A DNA stretch of 64,000 nt from FCB group bacterium (GTDB lineage Bacteria; Fidelibacterota; Marinisomatia; SCGC-AAA003-L08; JACNLC01): assembly GCA_013152375.1 (NCBI GenBank), contig JAADGM010000085.1, positions 4,358 through 68,357 on the forward strand, in the 5' to 3' direction. Position numbers and translations under genes: made by a program. Each line of letters begins with the position of its first letter. Position 1 is the stretch's first letter. Below the pieces are notes generated by a model. The model made no database searches. It saw only the letters and a list, made by a program, of their open reading frames with translations, and was not told the origin of the DNA. Positions 38,601 to 46,671 of this stretch are shown piece by piece.

Positions 38601-39430
38601 AAATTCCGATTGGACAGCTGGCAACGATCAAGTATCTCCGGGGACCTCAGGTCATTAAAAGTGAGGATACTTTCCTCATCGGCTATGTGCTTTTCGATAA
38701 GAAAAGCGGTTTTGCGGAAGTGGATGTCGTCGAAAATGCCCAGCGCTATCTGCAGTCGAAAATAGATTCCGGAGAATTGGAAATTCCTGCGGGTGTGAGC
38801 TATACTTTTGCAGGGTCTTATGAAAATCAGATCCGGGCCGCAAAAAAATTGAGCATGATCCTGCCTCTGGCATTATTCATCATCTTCATGATCCTGTACT
38901 TTCAGTTCCGCAAAGTATCAACGACCCTGAATGTGTTTTCCGGTATCTTTGTCGCGTGGGCTGGGGGATTTCTGATGATCTGGCTGTACGGCCAAAGTTG
39001 GTTCATGAATTTCAGTCTGTTTGGTGAAAATATGCGCACCTTATTCCAGATGCACCCCATCAATTTGAGCGTGGCTGTCTGGGTGGGCTTCCTGGCATTG
39101 TTCGGCATTGCCAGTGATAATGGTGTGATCATCAGCACTTACCTTGACCAGAGTTTTGCTCGTCTCGACCCGCAAAGTGTTCATGAGATCCGGGAAGCTA
39201 CTACAGAAGCAGGCGCCCGCAGAATTCGTCCGGCGATGATGACGGCCAGCACAACTATTCTGGCTCTGATACCGGTATTGACCTCTACGGGCCGGGGATC
39301 GGATGTGATGGTGCCCATGGCCATTCCGTCTTTTGGAGGAATGGTTCTGGCGATCGTGACGACCTTTGTGGTGCCGATCCTGTACTGTGTAATGGCGGAA
39401 CGCCGAATTGCAAAAGAGCAAAAAATTTAA
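35666..39430 (+). CDS. CusA/CzcA-family heavy-metal efflux RND permease (unusually long, 1254 aa)
   Basis: Typical HME-RND blocks: MLDKIIRYCLENKLIV, GIAIAIGTIVDMGIVVSEN, and the C-terminal PMAIPSFGGMVLA. It contains extra hydrophobic segments compared with my recollection of E. coli CusA. Confidence 0.9.
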   Translation: MLDKIIRYCLENKLIVIMVLIGLIGWGAMVAPFDWNLGGLPRNPVPVDAIPDIGENQQIVFTKWMGRSPQDVEDQITYPLTVALLGIPEVKTIRSYSMFGFSTIYIIFKEEAEFYWTRSRILEKLNSLPSGTLPMGVQPALGPDATALGQVFWYTIEGRDEDGKPAGGWDLQELRSVQDWYVRYGLQAADGVSEVASIGGYVKEYQIDVDPAAMREHHVTLGEIFNAVRNSNLDVGARTIEVNRVEYVVRGLGFIKDLEDIEYTVVKTNNNIPLYIKDVANVTLGPALRRGALDKEGSEAVGGVVVARFGENPLSVIKNVKAKIEELNPGLPTKQLADGRTSQLTIVPFYDRTGLIYETLGTLNHALRDEILVTLIVVIIMVMHLKTSILIGGLLPITVLFVFIGMKVFGVDANIVALSGIAIAIGTIVDMGIVVSENMLKHLDEAQEGEDSLNVLFRAASEVGSAVLTAVSTTVVSFLPVFVMEGAEGKLFRPLAYTKTFALIASLVVALTILPLFAHIFYTKRINSKKLRLVLNGIIVTAGLVLMFSFKWWVGLIFIIMGVFPYVKQLMAAGRMGTPGVKISEKIPYLLNWIVVVIVAGILSVTWSPLGYGRSAFINFIFVLMILGVIMAAILVFTHYYPRMLRWTLDHKVLTLSGPALLLVVGMVSWLGFGNVFGFLPRFMKSNRVFADLSHTFPGLGKEFMPALDEGSYLYMPTTMPHAGMEESLDVLSTLDKALYSVPEVDEVVGKMGRAETPLDPAPISMVETVISYKSEYMTDKNGNRLRFQVDSDGEFVRDAQGELIPDPDGKPFRQWRDHIRTADDIWDELVKAARIPGTTSAPKLQPISARLVMLQSGMRAPMGMKVKGPDLETIEKVGLQLEKYLKEVPGVKSEMVFADRIVGKPYLEIDIDRRAIARYGIKLKQMQDIIEVAIGGKPITTTVEGRERYPVRVRYMRELRDNIESLSDILVPAPNGTQIPIGQLATIKYLRGPQVIKSEDTFLIGYVLFDKKSGFAEVDVVENAQRYLQSKIDSGELEIPAGVSYTFAGSYENQIRAAKKLSMILPLALFIIFMILYFQFRKVSTTLNVFSGIFVAWAGGFLMIWLYGQSWFMNFSLFGENMRTLFQMHPINLSVAVWVGFLALFGIASDNGVIISTYLDQSFARLDPQSVHEIREATTEAGARRIRPAMMTASTTILALIPVLTSTGRGSDVMVPMAIPSFGGMVLAIVTTFVVPILYCVMAERRIAKEQKI

Positions 39431-39443
39431 CGGGAGTTGAAAT

Positions 39444-39782
39444 ATGAAAGAAATCAAAGCCTATATCAGACCGGAAAAAGTCGATCACGTCATTTTGGCT
39501 CTGGAAAAAGAGGGAATTCACGGCATGACCATTATTAATGTGAGTGCAATTGCTGACTGGGCCGACCCTGATCGGACAGCTTTTTCCGTGAAATATGTCG
39601 AACGCTACTGTAAGGTGGTAAAGCTCGAGCTGATCTGCCATGCGAGTCAGGAAAGCGTTCTTATCGAAGCAATCCGTAAGGCGGCCTATACCGGTAAAAA
39701 GGGAGACGGGAAGATTTTCGTTTCGAAGATAGACGATGCTGTTTCTGTCAGAACCGGCCTTCACGGTGCCGATGCAATATAA
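39444..39782 (+). CDS. PII (GlnB)-superfamily protein with a divergent T-loop, of the type genetically linked to metal RND pumps
   Basis: 112 aa. MKEIKAYIRPEKVDHVILALEKEGIHGMT.. and ..GKKGDGKIFVSKIDDAVSVRTG match the GlnB/GlnK fold blocks. The canonical T-loop (GRQKGH..Y) is replaced. Confidence 0.8.
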   Translation: MKEIKAYIRPEKVDHVILALEKEGIHGMTIINVSAIADWADPDRTAFSVKYVERYCKVVKLELICHASQESVLIEAIRKAAYTGKKGDGKIFVSKIDDAVSVRTGLHGADAI

Positions 39783-39797
39783 AAAGGAGGGTAAATA

Positions 39798-40010
39798 ATG
39801 CATTCAATGAATTTGTTTGGAGGTGGTTTTATGATGGTTTTCTGGTGGGGGCTGGTCATCGTTCTCGTGCTGGCTGTATTCAGATGGTTTCAAGGCCAAA
39901 GTACGACGACACCGGGCAGAGATTCTGCTGAGGATATCCTGAAAAAAAGGTATGCGAAGGGTGAAATCTCTAAAACGGAATATGAAATCATGAAAAAAGA
40001 GCTTGAATAA
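39798..40010 (+). CDS. Small membrane protein with a SHOCT domain
   Basis: One TM helix (FMMVFWWGLVIVLVLAVF), then ILKKRYAKGEISKTEYEIMKKELE (SHOCT signature). Confidence 0.65.
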   Translation: MHSMNLFGGGFMMVFWWGLVIVLVLAVFRWFQGQSTTTPGRDSAEDILKKRYAKGEISKTEYEIMKKELE

Positions 40011-40026
40011 TCAGAGAGGATTTAAA

Positions 40027-40506
40027 ATGATCAATAAACTCGTCATAGGAGCGGCCCTGTTACTTATCGCGGTGGGGTGTAATATTCAACATCATGATGC
40101 CGCGCCGGAGCTGCGAAGTGTTACTCCGGCTGATGGGGCTACAGCGGTAGCCACAGATGCAGAAATCACTGTGACCTTTAGTGAGTCAATGGACAGCCAA
40201 ACCTGCGAGGAACGATTCAGCTTGTTTGAGGGTGTCCTGACCGAAATCCCGGGAGAGGACCATCTTCCAGTCCCGGGCACTTTCAGTTGGAATGGCAGAT
40301 TTACCGCAATGACCTTTCATCCCGAAACACCCCTTGACGAAAATACAGATTATTCCATCGTCATGCTGGAAGGAATGCAGGGGGAGCATGATCATGATGA
40401 TATTATGATGGACCATGACCATGACGGCGGTATGATGAGCCATGACATGGACGGTTTCGGGCACAATGCCGGCACGGGGATCATTGTTAGATTTAAAACA
40501 CAATAG
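40027..40506 (+). CDS. Lipoprotein with an Ig-like (SbsA_Ig/Big_5-like) domain and a His/Met/Asp-rich C-terminal tail
   Basis: Lipobox LLIAVGC. SVTPADGATAVATDAEITVTFSESMD resembles the first strand of an Ig-like domain. The tail is HDHDDIMMDHDHDGGMMSHDMDGFGH. I chose the start at 40027 (MINKL) after a GAGAGGA motif; the track starts at 40003. Confidence 0.55.
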   Translation: MINKLVIGAALLLIAVGCNIQHHDAAPELRSVTPADGATAVATDAEITVTFSESMDSQTCEERFSLFEGVLTEIPGEDHLPVPGTFSWNGRFTAMTFHPETPLDENTDYSIVMLEGMQGEHDHDDIMMDHDHDGGMMSHDMDGFGHNAGTGIIVRFKTQ

Positions 40507-40518
40507 AAAGGACTTAAA

Positions 40519-40905
40519 ATGAAATATTATTTCAAAAATACAGTGGAAAAAGATTTTGATGATACGGTAAACCGGGTTACGGAAGAACTAAAAAAAGAGG
40601 GTTTTGGTGTGTTAACTGAGATCAATGTCAAAAACACCCTTAAGGAAAAATTGGATGTAGGATTTCGGAATTATGTTATTTTGGGAGCCTGTAATCCGCC
40701 CTTTGCCTATAAGGCCCTGCAGGCAGACGATAAGATCGGCATGCTGCTGCCCTGCAATGTTATCGTGCAGGAGTTGGAGGATGGATTGACCGAGGTTGCA
40801 GCGATAGACCCGGCTACGTCCATGAGTATGATTGAAAATGCCGAGCTTGCTGAAATTGCAGATCGAGTCGGCGAAAAATTAAAATCTGTTGTTGACAGAT
40901 TATAA
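40519..40905 (+). CDS. DUF302 domain protein
   Basis: ILGACNPPFAYKAL...IGMLLPCNVIVQE is the DUF302 signature. 128 aa. Confidence 0.75.
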   Translation: MKYYFKNTVEKDFDDTVNRVTEELKKEGFGVLTEINVKNTLKEKLDVGFRNYVILGACNPPFAYKALQADDKIGMLLPCNVIVQELEDGLTEVAAIDPATSMSMIENAELAEIADRVGEKLKSVVDRL

Positions 40906-40942
40906 ACTTCATTAACCAAATACCAAATTAAAAGGAAAGGAA

Positions 40943-41830
40943 ATGGAAATGAAAACAAGAAAAGCCATAACCATCATAGGAATGTCACTGAGTTTATTGG
41001 CGGCTTTCGCCTGGGCCGGGGACGGTCACGGAAAGATGATGGGGAAAAACCAACAGGGAATGAAAATGGAAGGTGAAGGACATGCAATGATAGATTTGCC
41101 CTCCATGCAGTGTGATATGTGTAAAAACAATATCGAAACAGGTCTGTCAAAAATTCCCGGTATCAAATCAGTTGATGTTAATGTTGAGAAAAAAACGGGT
41201 CATGTAAACTACGATCCGGCAGTGATTGACGAAAGTGAGATCGAAGTTGCCATCAACAAACTGGGATACTGGGCCAATGACAAACCCGCAGACCCGAATT
41301 CTTACGATAACCTGATGGGTTGTTGTCAGATGCCGGAAGAAGAGTATAATCAAATGATGAAAAGTTCAAAAAAGATGACCATGCCTCATGACAACATGAT
41401 GAAGAAAATGATGGATCGTTCCGGGATGCAGAAAATGGAACATGAGAATATGAAGATGAGAAACCAGGACGGCATGAAGATGGGCAGCATGAAAATGGAT
41501 AATATGAAAATGGGAGACATGAAGATGGGAAATATGGACATGAAGATGGGTGATTCTTCCGGAAAGACTTCAATGACGATGATCTCACTGCCCACAGTAC
41601 AGTGTGGAAGTTGTCAGGCTAGAATCGAGTCAAATTTATCAAAAATTGACGGGATCGTTGAAGTAAAGGTTGATATAGACCGTAAAATGGGACATGTTGT
41701 CTATGACCCTGAAAAGCTCACTGTTAAATCCATTGAGAATGTAATTGCCTCCATTGGATATCAGGCGAATGACATACCGGCGGACAGCAAAGCTTACGAC
41801 AATCTGCCGGGCTGCTGCAAAGTCCCCTGA
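40943..41830 (+). CDS. Periplasmic twin-HMA (heavy-metal-associated) domain protein with a Met-rich linker
   Basis: Signal peptide. Two HMA modules carry CxxC motifs (MQCDMCKNNIE, VQCGSCQARIE). Each is followed by YDNL.GCC. The linker is MKMRNQDGMKMGSMKMDNMKMGDMKMGNMDMKMGD. Confidence 0.75.
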   Translation: MEMKTRKAITIIGMSLSLLAAFAWAGDGHGKMMGKNQQGMKMEGEGHAMIDLPSMQCDMCKNNIETGLSKIPGIKSVDVNVEKKTGHVNYDPAVIDESEIEVAINKLGYWANDKPADPNSYDNLMGCCQMPEEEYNQMMKSSKKMTMPHDNMMKKMMDRSGMQKMEHENMKMRNQDGMKMGSMKMDNMKMGDMKMGNMDMKMGDSSGKTSMTMISLPTVQCGSCQARIESNLSKIDGIVEVKVDIDRKMGHVVYDPEKLTVKSIENVIASIGYQANDIPADSKAYDNLPGCCKVP

Positions 41831-41937
41831 GGCCTTCAGCTGTTTCAGCTGATTAGGGACATTCATTTTTACGGGTTTCTCGGATTTTTCTACAGAATCC
41901 CCTGAAGGTAGTGTTGTTTGGTTAGTTGGAAAGGGAG

Positions 41938-41979
41938 CCCCTGACAGACTTTCTGGTTCCAGTCTGCGTCTGTCAGGGG
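41938..41979. repeat. Perfect 12-bp inverted repeat with an 18-nt spacer
   Basis: cccctgacagac (41938..41949) and gtctgtcagggg (41968..41979). Lies between the twin-HMA and DUF2231 genes, with no U-tract. Confidence 0.8.
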
Positions 41980-42040
41980 TAAAACAGGACTTCGCTTTGA
42001 ATTGGCGAACCGGAAAAAAGTAAAAAAGAAAGGAAATCCA

Positions 42041-42601
42041 ATGGTAAATTTACCAGGCTTAACCGGGGGTTTGAACCTGCATCCTATGGTTGTACACTTT
42101 CCCATCGTGCTGATCCTGCTGGCTGTTGTCAGTGAAATTCTGCATGTCAGTCTCAAAAATGAATTTTATGGCAGGGCCGCCGGCATTCTGCTGAACCTTG
42201 CCGCCATCAGCGCGGTGGTAGCCGTCTATTTAGGGTATCAGGCCGCCGATGCCGTGGGGCACGATTCACCCGGGCATGACCGGGTTCATGTTCACCGGGA
42301 TATCATGCTTTGGTTTACAGGTCTCACTGTGGTAATTGCGGGAATATTTCAGTTTATTAAATCCTCCCGGAAAGGATATTACCGGCTGATAGCTCTGGCC
42401 GCGGTATCTGTAATTTTGATCATAGGGGCAGACCGGGGCGCCGATCTGGTTTTCAACTATGGCGTGGGAACGCACATTAAAGAGATGAGCCAGGAGATGC
42501 CCGGGCATCATGAGGAAGGCGAAGATTCCGACCACGACGGCGATGAAGACCACGAACAGGAAGCACACGACGACGATCATTCAGACGGACACTCACATTA
42601 A
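42041..42601 (+). CDS. DUF2231-like membrane protein with an acidic/His-rich C-terminal tail
   Basis: HPMVVHFPIVLILLA signature and 4 hydrophobic segments. The tail is HHEEGEDSDHDGDEDHEQEAHDDDHSDGHSH. An ATG at 42041 preceded by aaggaaa is preferred over the track's TTG at 42002. Confidence 0.6.
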   Translation: MVNLPGLTGGLNLHPMVVHFPIVLILLAVVSEILHVSLKNEFYGRAAGILLNLAAISAVVAVYLGYQAADAVGHDSPGHDRVHVHRDIMLWFTGLTVVIAGIFQFIKSSRKGYYRLIALAAVSVILIIGADRGADLVFNYGVGTHIKEMSQEMPGHHEEGEDSDHDGDEDHEQEAHDDDHSDGHSH

Positions 42602-42735
42602 CCAACGGTGAAAAATTATACAGACATATTCCCTTCACTCACCTCGGTCCGGTCCCAAGGCACCGGAGTGCCTGAGCGGGAATTAAAAGAGGATCATCGA
42701 ATTCTCTCCAACACTCTGAAGAAAGGAGTCATCAA

Positions 42736-45354
42736 ATGAAAGATCCGGTTTGCGGAATGACCGTTGAGGAAAATGCAGCAGCGGACATTCAGGAATATAA
42801 TGGTAAAAAATACGGGTTTTGTTCTGAAAAATGTTCAACGGCATTTCGGGAGGCTCCGGAGAAATATGTCGCAGCGAACGAAGCAGAAAAGGAGCCGGCT
42901 ATGTCCCACGGGCATCACCATTCGGATGCATCGTCAACCGGACAGACAGTCAAAGACCCGGTCTGCGGCATGGTGGTAGAGCCCAAGACCGTCGCCGATT
43001 CTATTGAGCATGAGGGTAAAAGCTATTTCTTCTGCTCTCATCACTGCGCGACAGAATTTAAAAAGGATCCGGAGAAATATCTCGGGTCCGACCATCATTC
43101 GCATACTTCAACGACAGAGGATCACCCACACCAACATGCCGGTGACATCTACACCTGTCCCATGCACCCTGATGTACGTCACGAAGGGCCCGGGAGCTGT
43201 CCCCAATGCGGGATGGCTCTGGAACCACTCATTCCTGTGCAAAAGGAAACAACCCAGTACACCTGTCCCATGCATCCGGAGGTAATCCAGTCGGGACCCG
43301 GGAGCTGCCCGCTGTGCGGAATGGCCCTCGAACCCGTTACGGCGACGGAGGAGCAGGGAAATCCCGAACTAATTGACATGACCCGGCGTTTCTGGGGCGG
43401 TGTGATCTTATCGGTTCCACTGCTGTTCATTGCCATGTGGGCCATGGTGAGTCCAAGACCACTGATCCCAGGGGGCTGGCAGCCCTGGGTCGAATTAGTA
43501 CTGGCAACCCCCGTTGTGCTGTGGGCAGGATCGCCCTTTTTCGTGAGAGGCTGGGCGTCCATCCGCACCTGGAATCTGAACATGTTCACTCTGATCGCCA
43601 TCGGTACGGGTGTAGCTTACGGATACAGCCTGATCGCGACATTTTTACCGGGGATCTTTCCGGCTGCTTTCCGGTCGGCTGAAGGAACTGTGGAAGTATA
43701 TTTCGAAGCCGCGGCTGTCATCGTTACACTGGTCCTGCTTGGACAGGTGCTTGAGCTGAAAGCCCGGGACAAAACCAGCAGCGCCATCAAGGCTCTTCTG
43801 GGCCTGGCCCCGAAAACGGCCCGTATTGTCGCTGACGATAATACTGAAAAAGAAATTCCGCTTGACCAGGTACAGCCGGGTGACAGGTTAAGGGTTCGTC
43901 CCGGCGACAAAATTCCGGTGGATGGAGTCGTGCTCGAAGGAACCACGACCATCGATGAATCCATGATAACGGGTGAACCCATGGCCGTCAGCAAAAAGGC
44001 GGGTGACCCGGTGACCGGCGCGACCGTGAACGGTACCGGCAGCTTCATAATGGAAGCCAAACGGGTAGGTTCAGAGACTTTGCTGTCTCAGATCGTAAAG
44101 ATGGTGAGCGATGCTCAGCGGAGCCGTGCTCCCATACAGGGACTTGCTGATAAGGTGGCGGCCTATTTTGTACCGGCGGTGGTGGGGATCAGCGTGCTGA
44201 CTTTCATCATCTGGTCTCTGGTTGGCCCAACCCCGCGGATGGCCTATGCTCTGGTTAATGCCGTGGCGGTTCTGATCATCGCCTGTCCCTGTGCTCTGGG
44301 GCTTGCGACTCCCATGTCCATCATGGTGGGAACCGGCAAGGGAGCCATGGCCGGAGTTCTGATTAAAAATGCAGAAGCACTGGAAACGATGGAAAAGGTG
44401 GACACTCTTGTCGTAGATAAAACGGGGACCCTGACCGAAGGCAAACCCCGGGTTGTCAATATCGTGCCTTCAGCTGATTTTGTTGAAGATGATGTCTTAT
44501 CACTGGCGGCCAGTCTCGAACAAGCCAGCGAACATCCCCTGGGGGCTGCAGTCGTTACCGAAGCCGATGAGAGAGGGCTCAAAATTGTGCAGCCATCAGA
44601 TTTTCAGTCCGTTACCGGTAAGGGAATTACGGGATCAGTGGGGGAACGATCGGTTGTTATTGGGAATCAGGCCTTCATCGAAGAATTAGGCGTGGCGAAC
44701 AGTGCTTTGGAGAAAAAAGCCGATGACCTGCAGCTTAAAGGTGAGACGGTTTTGTTTGTAGCCGTGGATTGGAAACTGGCCGGACTGATCGGCGTTACCG
44801 ATCCGATTAAAAGTACCACCCGGGAGGCTCTGAAGATATTGCGCAAAGAGAAATTGCGGATTGTAATGCTGACGGGCGATAATATTAAGACCGCCCGGAT
44901 TATCGCAGATCAACTGGGCATCGATGAAATTGAGGCTGATGTCCTGCCGCAGCAGAAAAATGAAGTTGTCAAACGGCTGCAGAGCGAAGGCTGTGTGGTT
45001 GCCATGGCTGGGGACGGTATCAATGATGCTCCCGCCCTGGCTCAAGCCGATGTTGGCGTGGCCATGGGCTCGGGAACCGACGTGGCCATTGAGAGCTCCG
45101 ATATCACCCTCATCAAAGGTGACTTGAGGGGAATGGCCCGTGCCAGGCGCCTGAGCCGGGAAACCATGAAGAATATCCGGCAGAACATGTTCTGGGCGTT
45201 TTTGTACAATACTCTTGGCGTTCCGATTGCGGCGGGAATACTCTATCCCGTATTCGGATTGCTGCTGTCACCCATTCTGGCTGCGGCGGCAATGAGTTTC
45301 AGTTCAGTATCCGTTATCGGAAATGCTTTACGGCTGCGGAAGGTACAGCTCTAA
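42736..45354 (+). CDS. copA: Copper-type P1B heavy-metal-translocating ATPase
   Basis: CPC transmembrane motif ([13 protein letters not shown]), DKTGT, TGDN and GDGINDAP. The N-terminus has 2x YHS/TRASH ([18 protein letters not shown]) and 2x YTCPMHP...GPGSCP.CGMALEP modules. Confidence 0.9.
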   Translation: MKDPVCGMTVEENAAADIQEYNGKKYGFCSEKCSTAFREAPEKYVAANEAEKEPAMSHGHHHSDASSTGQTVKDPVCGMVVEPKTVADSIEHEGKSYFFCSHHCATEFKKDPEKYLGSDHHSHTSTTEDHPHQHAGDIYTCPMHPDVRHEGPGSCPQCGMALEPLIPVQKETTQYTCPMHPEVIQSGPGSCPLCGMALEPVTATEEQGNPELIDMTRRFWGGVILSVPLLFIAMWAMVSPRPLIPGGWQPWVELVLATPVVLWAGSPFFVRGWASIRTWNLNMFTLIAIGTGVAYGYSLIATFLPGIFPAAFRSAEGTVEVYFEAAAVIVTLVLLGQVLELKARDKTSSAIKALLGLAPKTARIVADDNTEKEIPLDQVQPGDRLRVRPGDKIPVDGVVLEGTTTIDESMITGEPMAVSKKAGDPVTGATVNGTGSFIMEAKRVGSETLLSQIVKMVSDAQRSRAPIQGLADKVAAYFVPAVVGISVLTFIIWSLVGPTPRMAYALVNAVAVLIIACPCALGLATPMSIMVGTGKGAMAGVLIKNAEALETMEKVDTLVVDKTGTLTEGKPRVVNIVPSADFVEDDVLSLAASLEQASEHPLGAAVVTEADERGLKIVQPSDFQSVTGKGITGSVGERSVVIGNQAFIEELGVANSALEKKADDLQLKGETVLFVAVDWKLAGLIGVTDPIKSTTREALKILRKEKLRIVMLTGDNIKTARIIADQLGIDEIEADVLPQQKNEVVKRLQSEGCVVAMAGDGINDAPALAQADVGVAMGSGTDVAIESSDITLIKGDLRGMARARRLSRETMKNIRQNMFWAFLYNTLGVPIAAGILYPVFGLLLSPILAAAAMSFSSVSVIGNALRLRKVQL

Positions 45355-45363
45355 AAGATCAAA

Positions 45364-45705
45364 ATGAAAAAGGACCAGCTGCAGATGACGGCGCGTATTA
45401 TGGCCTCCATGGTGGGGCTGGTCGCAATCACATCGCTGGTCCTTTTTCTTATCCAGCCCAACCGGCACAAGCACAGGATACCCCTCAAACTGCCCTCTAA
45501 AATTTATGAGATTGCCGCTAACTTTGGCTGTCCCTGCGGAGGGTGTGTGGGGGAATCTCTGGCTCAATGTGACTGCTCTACGGCAAAGGCCATTCAGCTG
45601 AAAATTAAATCGTCACTGGAAAATGGCGAGTCCGAACCTGCGGTTCTCCGTATGGTTGAAAAGCAAATCATCGAAACCCATGCTCAAAACCGGCCTCCCG
45701 GATGA
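45364..45705 (+). CDS. Membrane-anchored Cys-rich protein (CPCGGC ... CDC motif)
   Basis: One TM helix (IMASMVGLVAITSLVLFLI), then FGCPCGGCVGESLAQCDCSTAKA. It starts 10 nt after the copA stop. Confidence 0.45.
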   Translation: MKKDQLQMTARIMASMVGLVAITSLVLFLIQPNRHKHRIPLKLPSKIYEIAANFGCPCGGCVGESLAQCDCSTAKAIQLKIKSSLENGESEPAVLRMVEKQIIETHAQNRPPG

Positions 45706-45747
45706 TCCGTCATCGGAGGCTGCAAAGATGTCTTTAACACCTGTTAT

Positions 45748-46563
45748 GTGATAAGTCTTATGGATCTAAATAAAAAGGTTAAAAGAAAATTATTCTCCCC
45801 GGGAGTGATGTATCTCCTGGCGGGATTATTTGTGGGGGAATTTATCCTGCATCCCCTTACAATGGTCATTTACTGGTTTGAGTTCTACCGGCCGGTGCAT
45901 GAAAAAGTTCGCTTGCTGTATTTTATTAAAACCCGGTTTGTCGAAAGTTTTTCTCCGGAAATGCTGCCCATGAATCTGGTTTTCCTCACCCTCGGTGCCG
46001 TTCTAGGCGTCTCCGCCGGGATATTTCACCATTCTCTGGTGAAGAAAAATGCCAAAGGAGGGCGGCCCAAAAAAATAAATCATGACTTACAGACTCTGAT
46101 CGAAACGGGAGAAAATGAATCTATCGAGTTCAAATCCTCCGTTCGTTGGGATTATCAGCAGGAAAGGATCAATAAAGACCTGGAGCAAAAAATCATCATC
46201 ACCATAGCCGGGTTCATGAACCATCACGGGGGAACCCTACTCATCGGTGTGGGAGACTGTGGTGAAATACTGGGGTTGGAAAAAGATTACCTTACCCTCG
46301 CAAAGAAAAATTCAGATGGATTTGTACAATTGCTGACGGGGTTGATCTCCGCGCGACTGGGAACCAATAATTGTGCCCTGGTAAAGATATCTATGCTGAA
46401 ACGGAAGAAAAAAGAGATTTGCCGCCTGGATGTTTCGCCTGCCGTCAAACCCGTCTATGCCCGTTTCGGACAAGACGAGATCTTCTGTATCAGGGTTGGA
46501 AGTTCCACAAGAGAACTGAATGTAAGAGAGGCCTACGGATACATTCAGCAGCATTGGGCTTAG
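45748..46563 (+). CDS. Membrane-anchored AlbA_2 (Schlafen-like putative DNA-binding) domain protein
   Basis: Two N-terminal hydrophobic helices. ETGENESIEFKSS...IAGFMNHHGGTLLIGVGDCGEILGLEKDY is typical of the AlbA_2 domain. The start may be GTG 45748 or ATG 45760. Confidence 0.6.
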   Translation: MISLMDLNKKVKRKLFSPGVMYLLAGLFVGEFILHPLTMVIYWFEFYRPVHEKVRLLYFIKTRFVESFSPEMLPMNLVFLTLGAVLGVSAGIFHHSLVKKNAKGGRPKKINHDLQTLIETGENESIEFKSSVRWDYQQERINKDLEQKIIITIAGFMNHHGGTLLIGVGDCGEILGLEKDYLTLAKKNSDGFVQLLTGLISARLGTNNCALVKISMLKRKKKEICRLDVSPAVKPVYARFGQDEIFCIRVGSSTRELNVREAYGYIQQHWA

Positions 46564-46671
46564 ACCCGGGGGTTATTACCAATTGATTCTCCCCGGAGTC
46601 AGTCGGGGGATTCCAATTAATCAGATCGTTTCCGGGAAGGAAATTGATTTAGTTGTTCTGGAGGGTGATTT

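Noticed and set aside
41890-42156. An 88-aa minus-strand ORF across the inverted repeat and the DUF2231 5' end.
   Set aside because: It is antisense to the DUF2231 gene start and includes the 12-bp dyad. It lacks coding character.
42602-42735. A search for a MerR/CueR-type operator upstream of copA. Only an imperfect dyad (tcactcacctcgg ... ccggagtgcctga) and a GGCAC-CGGA-GTGCC palindrome were found.
   Set aside because: The match is only about 9 of 13 positions. There is no associated -35/-10 pair with 19-20 bp spacing, so it is not convincing as an operator.
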